In this document: one piece after another, positions 41,490-55,600 of the stretch | How the letters are laid out: each line of letters opens with the position of its first letter | Position numbering within the stretch: position 1 is the first letter of the stretch | Assembly (NCBI GenBank): GCA_964016885.1 | Contig: OZ024764.1 | Span: forward strand, 18,662,001-18,726,000 | Origin: Eledone cirrhosa | Taxonomy: Eukaryota | Direction of reading: 5' to 3' | Length of the DNA: 64,000 nt | Notes under the pieces: model-generated | Told to the model about the DNA's origin: nothing | Seen by the model: only the letters and a program-made list of their open reading frames with translations | The model's database searches: none | Translations under genes and position numbers: made by a program

Positions 41490-44400
41490 TCATGTAGGTG
41501 TCACAACAAAAATACCCAGTCCACACTGTAAAGTGGTCATGTAGGTGTCACAACAAAAAGTACCCAGTCCACACTGTAAAGTGGTCACGTAGGTGTCACA
41601 ACAAAAAGTACCCAGTCCACCCTGTAAAGTGGTCATATAGGTGTCACAACAAAAAGTACCCAGTCCACCCTGTAAAGTGGTCATGTATGTGTCACAACAA
41701 AAAGTACCCAGTCCACACTGTAAAGTGGTCATGTATGTGTCACAACAAAAAGTACCCAGTCCACACTTTAAAGTTGTCATGTAGGTGTCACAACAAAAAG
41801 TACCCAGTCCACACTGTAATGTGGTCATGCAGATTTCACACCAAAAAGTACCCAGTCCACACTGTAATGTGGTCATATAGGTGTCACAACAAAAAGTACC
41901 CAGTCCACACTGTAAAGTGGTCATGTAGGTGTCACAACAAAAAGTACCCAGTCCACACTGTCAAGTGGTCATGTAGGTGTCACAACAAAAAGTACCTAGT
42001 CCACACTGTAAAGTGGTTATGTAGCTGTCACAACAAAAAGTACCCAGTCCACACTGTAATGTGGTCATGCAGGTTTCACAACAAAAAGTACCCAGTCCAC
42101 ACTGTAATCTGGTCATATAGGTGTCACAACAAAAAGTACCCAGTCCACACTGTAAAGTGGTCATGTAGGTGTCACAACAAAAAGTACCCAGTCCACACTG
42201 TAAAGTGGACATGTAGGTGTCATGACAAAAAGTACCCAGTCCACACTGTAAAGTGGTCATGTAGGTGTCACAACAAAAAGTACACAGTCCACACTGTAAA
42301 GTGGTCATGTAGGTGTCACAACAAAAAGTACCCAGTCCACACTGTAAAGTGGTCATGTAGGTGTCACAACAAAAAGTACCCAGTCCACACTGTAAAGTGG
42401 TCATGTAGGTGTCACAACAAAATATACCCAGTCCACACTGTAAAGTGGTCATGTAGGTGTCACAACAAAAAGTACCCAGTCCACACTGTAAAGTGGTCAT
42501 GTAGGTGTCACAACAAAAAGTACCCAGTCCACACTGTAAAGTGGTCATGTAGGTGTCACAACAAAATATACCCAGTCCACACTGTAAAGTGGTCATGTAG
42601 GTGTCACAACAAAAAGTACCCAGTCCACACTGTAAAGTGGTCATGTAGGTGTCACAACAAAAAGTACCCAATCCACACTGTAAAGTGGTCATGTAGGTGT
42701 CACAACAAAAAGTACCCAGTCCACCCTGTAAAGTGGTCATATATGTGTCACAACAAAAAGTACCCAGTCCACCCTGTAAAGTGGTCATGTATGTGTCACA
42801 ACAAAAAGTACCCAGTCCACACTGTAAAGTGGTCATGTATGTGTCACAACAAAAAGTACCCAGTCCACACTGTAAAGTGGTCATGTAGGGGTCACAACAA
42901 AAAGTACCCAGTCCACACTGTAAAGTGGTCATGTAGGTGCCACAACAAAAAGTACCCAGTCCACACTGTAAAGTGGTCATGTAGGTGTCACAACAAAAAG
43001 TACCCAGTCCACACTGTAAAGTGGTCATGTAGGTGTAACAACAAAATATACCCAGTCCACACTGTAAAGTGGTCATGTAGGTGTCACAACAAAAAGTACC
43101 CAGTCCACACTTTAAAGTGGTCATGTAGGTGTCACAACAAAAAGTACCCAGTCCACACTGTAATGTGGTCATGCAGGTTTCACACCAAAAAGTACCCAGT
43201 CCACACTGTAATGTGGTCATATAGGTGTCACAACAAAAAGTACCCAGTCCACACTGTAAAGTGGACATGTAGGTGTCATGACAAAAAGTACCCAGTCCAC
43301 ACTGTAAAGTGGTCATGTAGGTGTCACAACAAAAAGTAACCAGTCCACACTGTAAAGTGGTCATGTAGGTGTCACAACAAAAAGTACCCAGTCCACACTG
43401 TAAAGTGGTCATGTACGTGTCACAACAAAAAGTACCCAGTCCACACTGTAAAGTGGTCATGTAGGTGTCACAACAAAATATACCCAGTCCACACTGTAAA
43501 GTGGTCATGTAGGTGTCACAACAAAAAGTACCCAGTCCACACTGTAAAGTGGTCATGTAGGTGTCACAACAAAAAGTACCCAGTCCACACTGTAAAGTAG
43601 TCATGTAGGTGTCACAACAAAAAGTACCCAGTCCACCCTGTAAAGTGGTCATATATGTGTCACAACAAAAAGTACCCAGTCCACCCTGTAAAGTGGTCAT
43701 GTATGTGTCACAACAAAAAGTACCCAGTCCACACTGTAAAGTGGTCATGTAGGTGTCACAACAAAATATACCCAGTCCACACTGTAAAGTGGTCATGTAG
43801 GTGTCACAACAAAAAGTACCCAGTCCACACTGTAAAGTGGTCATGTAGGTGTCACAACAAAAAGTACCCAGTCCACACTGTAAAGTGGTCATGTAGGTGT
43901 CACAACAAAAAGTACCCAGTCCACACTGTCAAGTGGTCATGTAGGTGTCACAACAAAAAGTACCTAGTCCACACTGTAAAGTGGTCATGTAACTGTCACA
44001 ACAAAAAGTACCCAGTCCACACTGTAATGTGGTCATGCAGGTTTCACAACAAAAAGTACCCAGTCCACACTGTAATCTGGTCATATAGGTGTCACAACAA
44101 AAAGTACCCAGTCCACACTGTAAAGTGGTCATGTAGGTGTCACAACAAAAAGTACCCAGTCCACACTGTAAAGTGGACATGTAGGTGTCATGACAAAAAG
44201 TACCCAGTCCACACTGTAAAGTGGTCATGTAGGTGTCACAACAAAAAGTACACAGTCCACACTGTAAAGTGGTCATGTAGGTGTCACAACAAAAAGTACC
44301 CAGTCCACACTGTAAAGTGGTCATGTAGGTGTCACAACAAAAAGTACCCAGTCCACACTGTAAAGTGATCATGTAGGTGTCACAACAAAATATACCCAGT

Positions 44401-47400
44401 CCACACTGTAAAGTGGTCATGTAGGTGTCACAACAAAAAGTACCCAGTCCACACTGTAAAGTGGTCATGTAGGTGTCACAACAAAAAGTACCCAGTCCAC
44501 ACTGTAAAGTGGTCATGTAGGTGTCACAACAAAAAGTACCCAGTCCACCCTGTAAAGTGGTCATATAGGTGTCACAACAAAAAGTACCCAGTCCACCCTG
44601 AAAATGGGTATTGTTTGTGTCACAACAAAAAGTACCCAGTCCACACTGTAAAGTGGTCATGTATGTGTCACAACAAAAATTACCCAATCCACACTTTAAA
44701 GTGGTCATGTAGGTGTCACAACAAAAAGTACCCAATCCACACTGTAAAGAGGTCATGTTGGTGTCACAACAAAAAGTACCCAGTCCACACTGTAAAGTGG
44801 TCATGTAGGTGTCACAACAAAAAGTACCCAGTCCACACTGTAAAGTGGTCATGTAGGTGTCACAACAAAAAGTACCCATCCACACTGTAAAGTGGTCATG
44901 TAGGTGTCACAACAAAAAGTACCCAGTCCACACTGTAAGGTGGTCATGTAGGTGTCACAACAAAATATACCCAGTCCACACTGTAAAGTGGTCATGTAGG
45001 TGTCACAACAAAAAGTACCCAGTCCACCCTGTAAAGTGGTCATATATGTGTTACACCAAAAAGTACCCAGTCCACCCTGTAAAGTAGTCATGTAGGTGTC
45101 ACAACAAAAAGTACCCAGTCCACCCTGTAAAGTGGTCATATATGTGTCACAACAAAAAGTACCCAGTCCACACTGTAATGTGGTCATGCAGGTTTCACAC
45201 CAAAAAGTACCCAGTCCACACTGTAATGTGGTCATATAGGTGTCACAACAAAAAGTACCCAGTCCACACTGTAAAGTGGTCATGTAGGTGTCACAACAAA
45301 AAGTACCCAGTCCACACTGTCAAGTGGCCATGTAGGTGTCACAACAAAAAGTACCCAGTCCACACTGTAAAGTGGTCATGTAGGTGTCACAACAAAAATA
45401 CCCAGTCCACACTGTAAAGTGGTCATATAGGTGTCACAACAAAAAGTATCCAGTCCACCCTGTAAAGTGGTCATGTATGTGTCACAACAAAAAGTACCCA
45501 GTCCACACTGTAAAGTGGTCATGTATGTGTCACAACAAAAAGTACCCAGTCCACACTTTAAAGTTGTCATGTAGGTGTCACAACAAAAAGTACCCAGTCC
45601 ACACTGTAATGTGGTCATGCAGGTTTCACACCAAAAAGTACCCAGTCCACACTGTAATGTGGTCATGTATGTGTCACAACATAAATTACCCAATCCACAC
45701 TTTAAAGTGGTCATGTAGGTGTCACAACAAAAAGTACCCAATCCACACAGTAAAGAGGTCATGTTGGTGTCACAACAAAAAGTACCCAGTCCACACTGTA
45801 AAGTGGTCATGTAGGTGTCACAACAAAAAGTACCCAGTCCACACTGTAAAGTGGTCATGTAGGTGTCACAACAAAAGGTACCCAGTCCACACTGTAAAGT
45901 GGTCATGTAGGTGTCACAACAAAAAGTACCCAGTCCACACTGTAAGGTGGTCATATAGGTGTCACAACAAAATATACCCAGTCCACACTGTAAAGTGGTC
46001 ATGTAGGTGTCACAACAAAAAGTACCCAGTCCACACTGTAAAGTGGTCATGTAGGTGTCACAACAAAAAGTACCCAATCCACACTGTAAAGTGGTCATGT
46101 AGGTGTCACAACAAAAAGTACCAAGTCCACCCTGTAAAGTGGTCATATATGTGTCACAACAAAAAGTACCCAGTCCACCCTGTAAAGTGGTCATGTATGT
46201 GTCACAACAAAAAGTACCCAGTCCACACTGTAAAGTGGTCATGTATGTGTCACAACAAAAAGTACCCAGTCCACACTGTAAAGTGGTCATGTAGGGGTCA
46301 CAACAAAAAGTACCCAGTCCACACTGTAAAGTGGTCATGTAGGTGTCACAACAAAAAGTACCCAGTCCACACTGTAAAGTGGTCATGTAGGTGTCACAAC
46401 AAAAAGTACCCAGTCCACACTGTAAAGTGGTCATGTAGGTGTAACAACAAAATATACCCAGTCCACACTGTAAAGTGGTCATGTAGGTGTCACAACAAAA
46501 AGTACCCAGTCCACACTTTAAAGTGGTCATGTAGGTGTCACAACAAAAAGTACCCAGTCCACACTGTAATTTGGTCATGCAGGTTTCACACCAAAAAGTA
46601 CCCAGTCCACACTGTAATGTGGTCATATAGGTGTCACAACAAAAAGTACCCAGTCCACACTGTAAAGTGGACATGTAGGTGTCATGACAAAAAGTACCCA
46701 GTCCACACTGTAAAGTGGTCATGTAGGTGTCACAACAAAAAGTAACCAGTCCACACTGTAAAGTGGTCATGTAGGTGTCACAACAAAAAGTACCCAGTCC
46801 ACACTGTAAAGTGGTCATGTAGGTGTCACAACAAAAAGTACCCAGTCCACACTGTAAAGTGGTCATGTAGGTGTCACAACAAAATATACCCAGTCCACAC
46901 TGTAAAGTGGTCATGTAGGTGTCACAACAAAAAGTACCCAGTCCACACTGTAAAGTGGTCATGTAGGTGTCACAACAAAAAGTACCCAGTCCACACTGTA
47001 AAGTAGTCATGTAGGTGTCACAACAAAAAGTACCCAGTCCACCCTGTAAAGTGGTCATATATGTGTCACAACAAAAAGTACCCAGTCCACCCTGTAAAGT
47101 GGTCATGTATGTGTCACAACAAAAAGTACCCAGTCCACACTGTAAAGTGGTCATGTAGGTGTCACAACAAAATATACCCAGACCACACTGTAAAGTGGTC
47201 ATGTAGGTGTCACAACAAAAAGTACCCAGTCCACACTGTAAAGTGGTCATGTAGGTGTCACAACAAAAAGTACCCAGTCCACACTGTAAAGTGGTCCTGT
47301 AGGTGTCACAACAAAAAGTACCCAGTCCACCCTGTAAAGTGGTCATATATGTGTCACAACAAAAAGTACCCAGTCCACCCTGTAAAGTGGTCATGTATGT

Positions 47401-50400
47401 GTCACAACAAAAAGTACCCAGTCCACACTGTAAAGTGGTCATGTAGGTGTCACAACAAAAAGTACCCAGTTCACACTGTAAAGTGGTCAAGTAGGTGTCA
47501 CAACAAAAAGTACACAGTCCACACTGTAAAGTGGTCATGTAGGTGTCACAACAAAAAGTACCCAGTCCACACTGTAAAGTGGTCATGTAGGTGTCACAAC
47601 AAAACGTACCCAGTCCACACTGTAAAGTGATCATGTAGGTGTCACAACAAAATATACCCAGTCCACACTGTAAAGTGGTCATGTAGGTGTCACAACAAAA
47701 AGTACCCAGTCCACACTGTAAAGTGGTCATGTAGGTGTCACAACAAAAAGTACCCAGTCCACACTGTAAAGTGGTCATGTAGGTGTCACAACAAAAAGTA
47801 CCCAGTCCACCCTGTAAAGTGGTCATATAGGTGTCACAACAAAAAGTACCCAGTCCACCCTGAAAATGGGTATTGTTTGTGTCACAACAAAAAGTACCCA
47901 GTCCACACTGTAAAGTGGTCATGTATGTGTCACAACAAAAATTACCCAATCCACACTTTAAAGTGGTCATGTAGGTGTCACAACAAAAAGTACCCAATCC
48001 ACACTGTAAAGAGGTCATGTTGGTGTCACAACAAAAAGTACCCAGTCCACACTGTAAAGTGGTCATGTAGGTGTCACAACAAAAAGTACCCAGTCCACAC
48101 TGTAAAGTGGTCATGTAGGTGTCACAACAAAAAGTACCCATCCACACTGTAAAGTGGTCATGTAGGTGTCACAACAAAAAGTACCCAGTCCACACTGTAA
48201 GGTGGTCATGTAGGTGTCACAACAAAATATACCCAGTCCACACTGTAAAGTGGTCATGTAGGTGTCACAACAAAAAGTACCCAGTCCACCCTGTAAAGTG
48301 GTCATATATGTGTTACACCAAAAAGTACCCAGTCCACCCTGTAAAGTGGTCATGTATGTGTCACAACAAAAAGTACCCAGTCCACACTGTAAAGTGGTCA
48401 TGTATGTGTCACAACAAAAAGTACCCAGTCCACACTGTAAAGTGGTCATGTATGTGTCACAACAAAAAGTACCCAGTCCACACTTTAAAGTTGTCATGTA
48501 GGTGTCACAACAAAAAGTACCCAGTCCACACTGTAATGTGGTCATGCAGGTTTCACACCAAAAAGTACCCAGTCCACACTGTAATGTGGTCATATAGGTG
48601 TCACAACAAAAAGTACCCAGTCCACACTGTAAAGTGGTCATGTAGGTGTCACAACAAAAAGTACCCAGTCCACACTGTCAAGTGGCCATGTAGGTGTCAC
48701 AACAAAAAGTACCCAGTCCACACTGTAAAGTGGTCATGTAGGTGTCACAACAAAAATACCCAGTCCACACTGTAAAGTGGTCATATAGGTGTCACAACAA
48801 AAAGTACCCAGTCCACCCTGTAAAGTGGTCATGTATGTGTCACAACAAAAAGTACCCAGTCCACACTGTAAAGTGGTCATGTATGTCTCACAACAAAAAG
48901 TACCCAGTCCACACTTTAAAGTTGTCATGTAGGTGTCACAACAAAAAGTACCCAGTCCACACTGTAATGTGGTCATGCAGGTTTCACACCAAAAAGTACC
49001 CAGTCCACACTGTAATGTGGTCATGTATGTGTCACAACAAAAATTACCCAATCCACACTTTAAAGTGGTCATGTAGGTGTCACAACAAAAAGTACCCAAT
49101 CCACACTGTAAAGAGGTCATGTTGGTGTCACAACAAAAAGTACCCAGTCCACACTGTAAAGTGGTCATGTAGGTGTCACAACAAAAAGTACCCAGTCCAC
49201 ACTGTAAAGTGGTCATGTAGGTGTCACAACAAAAAGTACCCAGTCCACACTGTAAAGTGGTCATGTAGGTGTCACAACAAAAAGTACCCAGTCCACACTG
49301 TAAGGTGGTCATGTAGGTGTCACAACAAAATATACCCAGTCCACACTGTAAAGTGGTCATGTAGGTGTCACAACAAAAAGTACCCAGTCCACACTGTAAA
49401 GTGGTCATGTAGGTGTCACAACAAAAAGTACCCAATCCACACTGTAAAGTGGTCATGTAGGTGTCACAACAAAAAGTACCCAGTCTACCCTGTAAAGTGG
49501 TCATATATGTGTCACAACAAAAAGTACCCAGTCCACCCTGTAAAGTGGTCATGTATGTGTCACAACAAAAAGTACCCAGTCCACACTGTAAAGTGGTCAT
49601 GTATGTGTCACAACAAAAAGTACCCAGTCCACACTGTAAAGTTGTAATATATGTGTCACAACAAAAAGTACCCAGTCCACACTGTAAAGTGGTCATGTAG
49701 GTGTCACAACAAAAAGTACCCAGTCCACACTGTAAAGTGGTCATGTAGGTGTCACAACAAAAAGTACCCAGTCCACACTGTAAAGTGGTCATGTAGGTGT
49801 AACAACAAAATATACCCAGTCCACACTGTAAAGTGGTCATGTAGGTGTCACAACAAAAAGTACCCAGTCCACACTTTAAAGTGGTCATGTAGGTGTCACA
49901 ACAAAAAGTACCCAGTCCACACTGTAATGTGGTCATGCAGGTTTCACACCAAAAAGTACCCAGTCCACACTGTAATGTGGTCATATAGGTGTCACAACAA
50001 AAAGTACCCAGTCCACACTGTAAAGTGGACATGTAGGTGTCATGACAAAACGTACCCAGTCCACACTGTAAAGTGGTCATGTAGGTGTCACAACAAAAAG
50101 TAACCAGTCCACACTGTAAAGTGGTCATGTAGGTGTCACAACAAAAAGTACCCAGTCCACACTGTAAAGTGGTCATGTAGGTGTCACAACAAAAAGTACC
50201 CAGTCCACACTGTAAAGTGGTCATGTAGGTGTCACAACAAAATATACCCAGTCCACACTGTAAAGTGGTCATGTAGGTGTCACAACAAAAAGTACCCAGT
50301 CCACACTGTAAAGTGGTCATGTAGGTGTCACAACAAAAAGTACCCAGTCCACACTGTAAAGTGGTCCTGTAGGTGTCACAACAAAAAGTACCCAGTCCAC

Positions 50401-53400
50401 CCTGTAAAGTGGTCATATATGTGTCACAACAAAAAGTACCCAGTCCACCCTGTAAAGTGGTCATGTATGTGTCACAACAAAAAGTACCCAGTCCACACTG
50501 TAAAGTGGTCATGTAGGTGTCACAACAAAAAGTACCCAGTCCACACTGTAAAGTGGTCAAGTAGGTGTCACAACAAAAAGTACCCAGTCCACACTGTAAA
50601 GTGGACATGTAGGTGTCATGACAAAAAGTACCCAGTCCACACTGTAAAGTGATCATGTAGGTGTCACAACAAAAGTACCCAGTCCACACTGTAAAGTGGT
50701 CATGTAGGTGTCACCACAAAAAGTACCCAGTCCACCCTGTAAAGTGGTCATATAGGTGTCACAACAAAAAGTACCCAGTCCACCCTGTAAAGTGGTCATG
50801 TATGTGTCACAACAAAAAGTACCCAGTCCACACTGTAAAGTGGTCATGTATGTGTCACAACAAAAAGTACCCAGTCCACACTTTAAAGTTGTCATGTAGG
50901 TGTCACAACAAAAAGTACCCAGTCCACACTGTAATGTGGTCATGCAGATTTCACACCAAAAAGTACCCAGTCCACACTGTAATGTGGTCATATAGGTGTC
51001 ACAACAAAAAGTACCCAGTCCACACTGTAAAGTGGTCATGTAGGTGTCACAACAAAAAGTACCCAGTCCACACTGTCAAGTGGTCATGTAGGTGTCACAA
51101 CAAAAAGTACCTAGTCCACACTGTAAAGTGGTCATGTAGCTGTCACAACAAAAAGTACCCAGACCACACTGTAATGTGGTCATGCAGGTTTCACAACAAA
51201 AAGTACCCAGTCCACACTGTAATCTGGTCATATAGGTGTCACAACAAAAAGTACCCAGTCCACACTGTAAAGTGGTCATGTAGGTGTCACAACAAAAGTA
51301 CCCAGTCCACACTGTAAAGTGGACATGTAGGTGTCATGACAAAAAGTACCCAGTCCACACTGTAAAGTGGTCATGTAGGTGTCACAACAAAAAGTACACA
51401 GTCCACACTGTAAAGTGGTCATGTAGGTGTCACAACAAAAAGTACCCAGTCCACACTGTAAAGTGGTCATGTAGGTGTCACAACAAAAAGTACCCAGTCC
51501 ACACTGTAAAGTGATCATGTAGGTGTCACAACAAAATATACCCAGTCCACACTGTAAAGTGGTCATGTAGGTGTCACAACAAAAAGTACCCAGTCCACAC
51601 TGTAAAGTGGTCATGTAGGTGTCACAACAAAAAGTACCCAGTCCACACTGTAAAGTGGTCATGTAGGTGTCACAACAAAAAGTACCCAGTCCACCCTGTA
51701 AAGTGGTCATATAGGTGTCACAACAAAAAGTACCCAGTCCACCCTCAAAATGGGTATTGTTTGTGTCACAACAAAAAGTACCCAGTCCACACTGTAAAGT
51801 GGTCATGTATGTGTCACAACAAAAATTACCCAATCCACACTTTAAAGTGGTCATGTAGGTGTCACAACAAAAAGTACCCAATCCACACTGTAAAGAGGTC
51901 ATGTTGGTGTCACAACAAAAAGTACCCAGTCCACACTGTAAAGTGGTCATGTAGGTGTCACAACAAAAAGTACCCAGTCCACACTGTAAAGTGGTCATGT
52001 AGGTGTCACAACAAAAAGTACCCATCCACACTGTAAAGTGGTCATGTAGGTGTCACAACAAAAAGTACCCAGTCCACACTGTAAGGTGGTCATGTAGGTG
52101 TCACAACAAAATATGCCCAGTCCACACTGTAAAGTGGTCATGTAGGTGTCACAACAAAAAGTACCCAGTCCACCCTGTAAAGTGGTCATATATGTGTTAC
52201 ACCAAAAAGTACCCAGTCCACCCTGTAAAGTGGTCATGTATGTGTCACAACAAAAAGTACCCAGTCCACACTGTAAAGTGGTCATGTATGTGTCACAACA
52301 AAAAGTACCCAGTCCACACTGTAAAGTGGTCATGTATGTGTCACAACAAAAAGTACCCAGTCCACACTTTAAAGTTGTCATGTAGGTGTCACAACAAAAA
52401 GTACCCAGTCCACACTGTAATGTGGTCATGCAGGTTTCACACCAAAAAGTACCCAGTCCACACTGTAATGTGGTCATATAGGTGTCACAACAAAAAGTAC
52501 CCAGTCCACACTGTAAAGTGGTCATGTAGGTGTCACAACAAAAAGTACCCAGTCCACAGTGTCAAGTGGCCATGTAGGTGTCACAACAAAAAGTACCCAG
52601 TCCACACTGTAAAGTGGTCATGTAGGTGTCACAACAAAAATACCCAGTCCACACTGTAAAGTGGTCATATAGGTGTCACAACAAAAAGTACCCAGTCCAC
52701 CCTGTAAAGTGGTCATGTATGTGTCACAACAAAAAGTACCCAGTCCACACTGTAAAGTGGTCATGTATGTGTCACAACAAAAAGTACCCAGTCCACACTT
52801 TAAAGTTGTCATGTAGGTGTCACAACAAAAAGTACCCAGTCCACACTGTAATGTGGTCATGCAGGTTTCACACCAAAAATACCCAGTCCACACTGTAATG
52901 TGGTCATGTATGTGTCACAACAAAAATTACCCAATCCACACTTTAAAGTGGTCATGTAGGTGTCACAACAAAAAGTACCCAATCCACACTGTAAAGAGGT
53001 CATGTTGGTGTCACAACAAAAAGTACCCAGTCCACACTGTAAAGTGGTCATGTAGGTGTCACAACAAAAAGTACCCAGTCCACACTGTAAAGTGGTCATG
53101 TAGGTGTCACAACAAAAAGTACCCAGTCCACACTGTAAAGTGGTCATGTAGGTGTCACAACAAAAAGTACCCAGTCCACACTGTAAGGTGGTCATGTAGG
53201 TGTCACAACAAAATATACCCAGTCCACACTGTAAAGTGGTCATGTAGGTGTCACAACAAAAAGTACCCAGTCCACACTGTAAAGTGGTCATGTAGGTGTC
53301 ACAACAAAAAGTACCCAATCCACACTGTAAAGTGGTCATGTAGGTGTCACAACAAAATATGCCCAGTCCACACTGTAAAGTGGTCATGTAGGTGTCACAA

Positions 53401-55600
53401 CAAAAAGTACCCAGTCCACCCTGTAAAGTGGTCATATATGTGTTACACCAAAAAGTACCCAGTCCACCCTGTAAAGTGGTCATGTATGTGTCACAACAAA
53501 AAGTACCCAGTCCACACTGTAAAGTGGTCATGTATGTGTCACAACAAAAAGTACCCAGTCCACACTGTAAAGTGGTCATGTATGTGTCACAACAAAAAGT
53601 ACCCAGTCCACACTTTAAAGTTGTCATGTAGGTGTCACAACAAAAAGTACCCAGTCCACACTGTAATGTGGTCATGCAGGTTTAACACCAAAAAGTACCC
53701 AGTCCACACTGTAATGTGGTCATATAGGTGTCACAACAAAAAGTACCCAGTCCACACTGTAAAGTGGTCATGTAGGTGTCACAACAAAAAGTACCCAGTC
53801 CACACTGTCAAGTGGCCATGTAGGTGTCACAACAAAAAGTACCCAGTCCACACTGTAAAGTGGTCATGTAGGTGTCACAACAAAAATACCCAGTCCACAC
53901 TGTAAAGTGGTCATATAGGTGTCACAACAAAAAGTACCCAGTCCACCCTGTAAAGTGGTCATGTATGTGTCACAACAAAAAGTACCCAGTCCACACTGTA
54001 AAGTGGTCATGTATGTGTCACAACAAAAAGTACCCAGTCCACACTTTAAAGTTGTCATGTAGGTGTCACAACAAAAAGTACCCAGTCCACACTGTAATGT
54101 GGTCATGCAGGTTTCACACCAAAAAGTACCCAGTCCACACTGTAATGTGGTCATGTATGTGTCACAACAAAAATTACCCAATCCACACTTTAAAGTGGTC
54201 ATGTAGGTGTCACAACAAAAAGTACCCAATCCACACTGTAAAGAGGTCATGTTGGTGTCACAACAAAAAGTACCCAGTCCACACTGTAAAGTGGTCATGT
54301 AGGTGTCACAACAAAAAGTACCCAGTCCACACTGTAAAGTGGTCATGTAGGTGTCACAACAAAAAGTACCCAGTCCACACTGTAAAGTGGTCATGTAGGT
54401 GTCACAACAAAAAGTACCCAGTCCACACTGTAAGGTGGTCATGTAGGTGTCACAACAAAATATACCCAGTCCACACTGTAAAGTGGTCATGTAGGTGTCA
54501 CAACAAAAAGTACCCAATCCACACTGTAAAGTGGTCATGTAGGTGTCACAACAAAAAGTACCCAGTCCACCCTGTAAAGTGGTCATATATGTGTCACAAC
54601 AAAAAGTACCCAGTCCACCCTGTAAAGTGGTCATGTATGTGTCACAACAAAAAGTACCCAGTCCACACTGTAAAGTGGTCATGTATGTGTCACAACAAAA
54701 AGTACCCAGTCCACACTGTAAAGTGGTCATATATGTGTCACAACAAAAAGTACCCAGTCCACACTGTAAAGTGGTCATGTAGGTGTCACAACAAAAAGTA
54801 CCCAGTCCACACTGTAAAGTGGTCATGTAGGTGTCACAACAAAAAGTACCCAGTCCACACTGTAAAGTGGTCATGTAGGTGTAACAACAAAATATACCCA
54901 GTCCACACTGTAAAGTGGTCATGTAGGTGTCACAACAAAAAGTACCCAGTCCACACTTTAAAGTGGTCATGTAGGTGTCACAACAAAAAGTACCCAGTCC
55001 ACACTGTAATGTGGTCATGCAGGTTTCACACCAAAAAGTACCCAGTCCACACTGTAATGTGGTCATATAGGTGTCACAACAAAAAGTACCCAGTCCACAC
55101 TGTAAAGTGGACATGTAGGTGTCATGACAAAAAGTACCCAGTCCACACTGTAAAGTGGTCATGTAGGTGTCACAACAAAAAGTAACCAGTCCACACTGTA
55201 AAGTGGTCATGTAGGTGTCACAACAAAAAGTACCCAGTCCACACTGTAAAGTGGTCATGTAGGTGTCACAACAAAAAGTACCCAGTCCACACTGTAAAGT
55301 GGTCATGTAGGTGTCACAACAAAATATACCCAGTCCACACTGTAAAGTGGTCATGTAGGTGTCACAACAAAAAGTACCCAGTCCACACTGTAAAGTGGTC
55401 ATGTAGGTGTCACAACAAAAAGTACCCAGTCCACACTGTAAAGTGGTCCTGTAGGTGTCACAACAAAAAGTACCCAGTCCACCCTGTAAAGTGGTCATAT
55501 ATGTGTCACAACAAAAAGTACCCAGTCCACCCTGTAAAGTGGTCATGTATGTGTCACAACAAAAAGTACCCAGTCCACACTGTAAAGTGGTCATGTAGGT
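41490..55600. repeat. Mosaic of overlapping block duplications (offsets 3262, 3358, 3406, 3884, 1246, 5082-5130 bp)
   Basis: Identical or near-identical ORFs at 44615/47877/51761, 42697/46103, 45384/48742/52626/53872, 48119/52003 and 50419/55501. Confidence 0.8.
44577..44618. repeat. Inverted repeat in a divergent monomer: ACAAAAAGTACCCA - 14 nt - TGGGTATTGTTTGT (first of six copies)
   Basis: The right arm matches the reverse complement of the left arm (TGGGTACTTTTTGT) at 12/14 positions. The AAAATGGGTATTGTTTG motif starts at 44601, 47863, 51747, 56877, 60568 and 63540. Confidence 0.85.

Noticed and set aside
42697-42888. Short third-frame ORFs (MSQQKVPSPPCKVV...)
   Set aside because: They open only where consecutive monomers carry the TAG>TAT variant, so they are a by-product of cassette Y.
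45376-48147. Longest ORF (923 aa, minus strand) and all other long Cys-rich ORFs as genuine CDS (metallothionein-, keratin-associated- or zinc-finger-like)
   Set aside because: They are pure translations of the 48-bp repeat with no unique N- or C-terminal domain. Equally long ORFs overlap on the opposite strand, ORF ends coincide with indel or stop variants, and there is no canonical C2H2 or other domain spacing.
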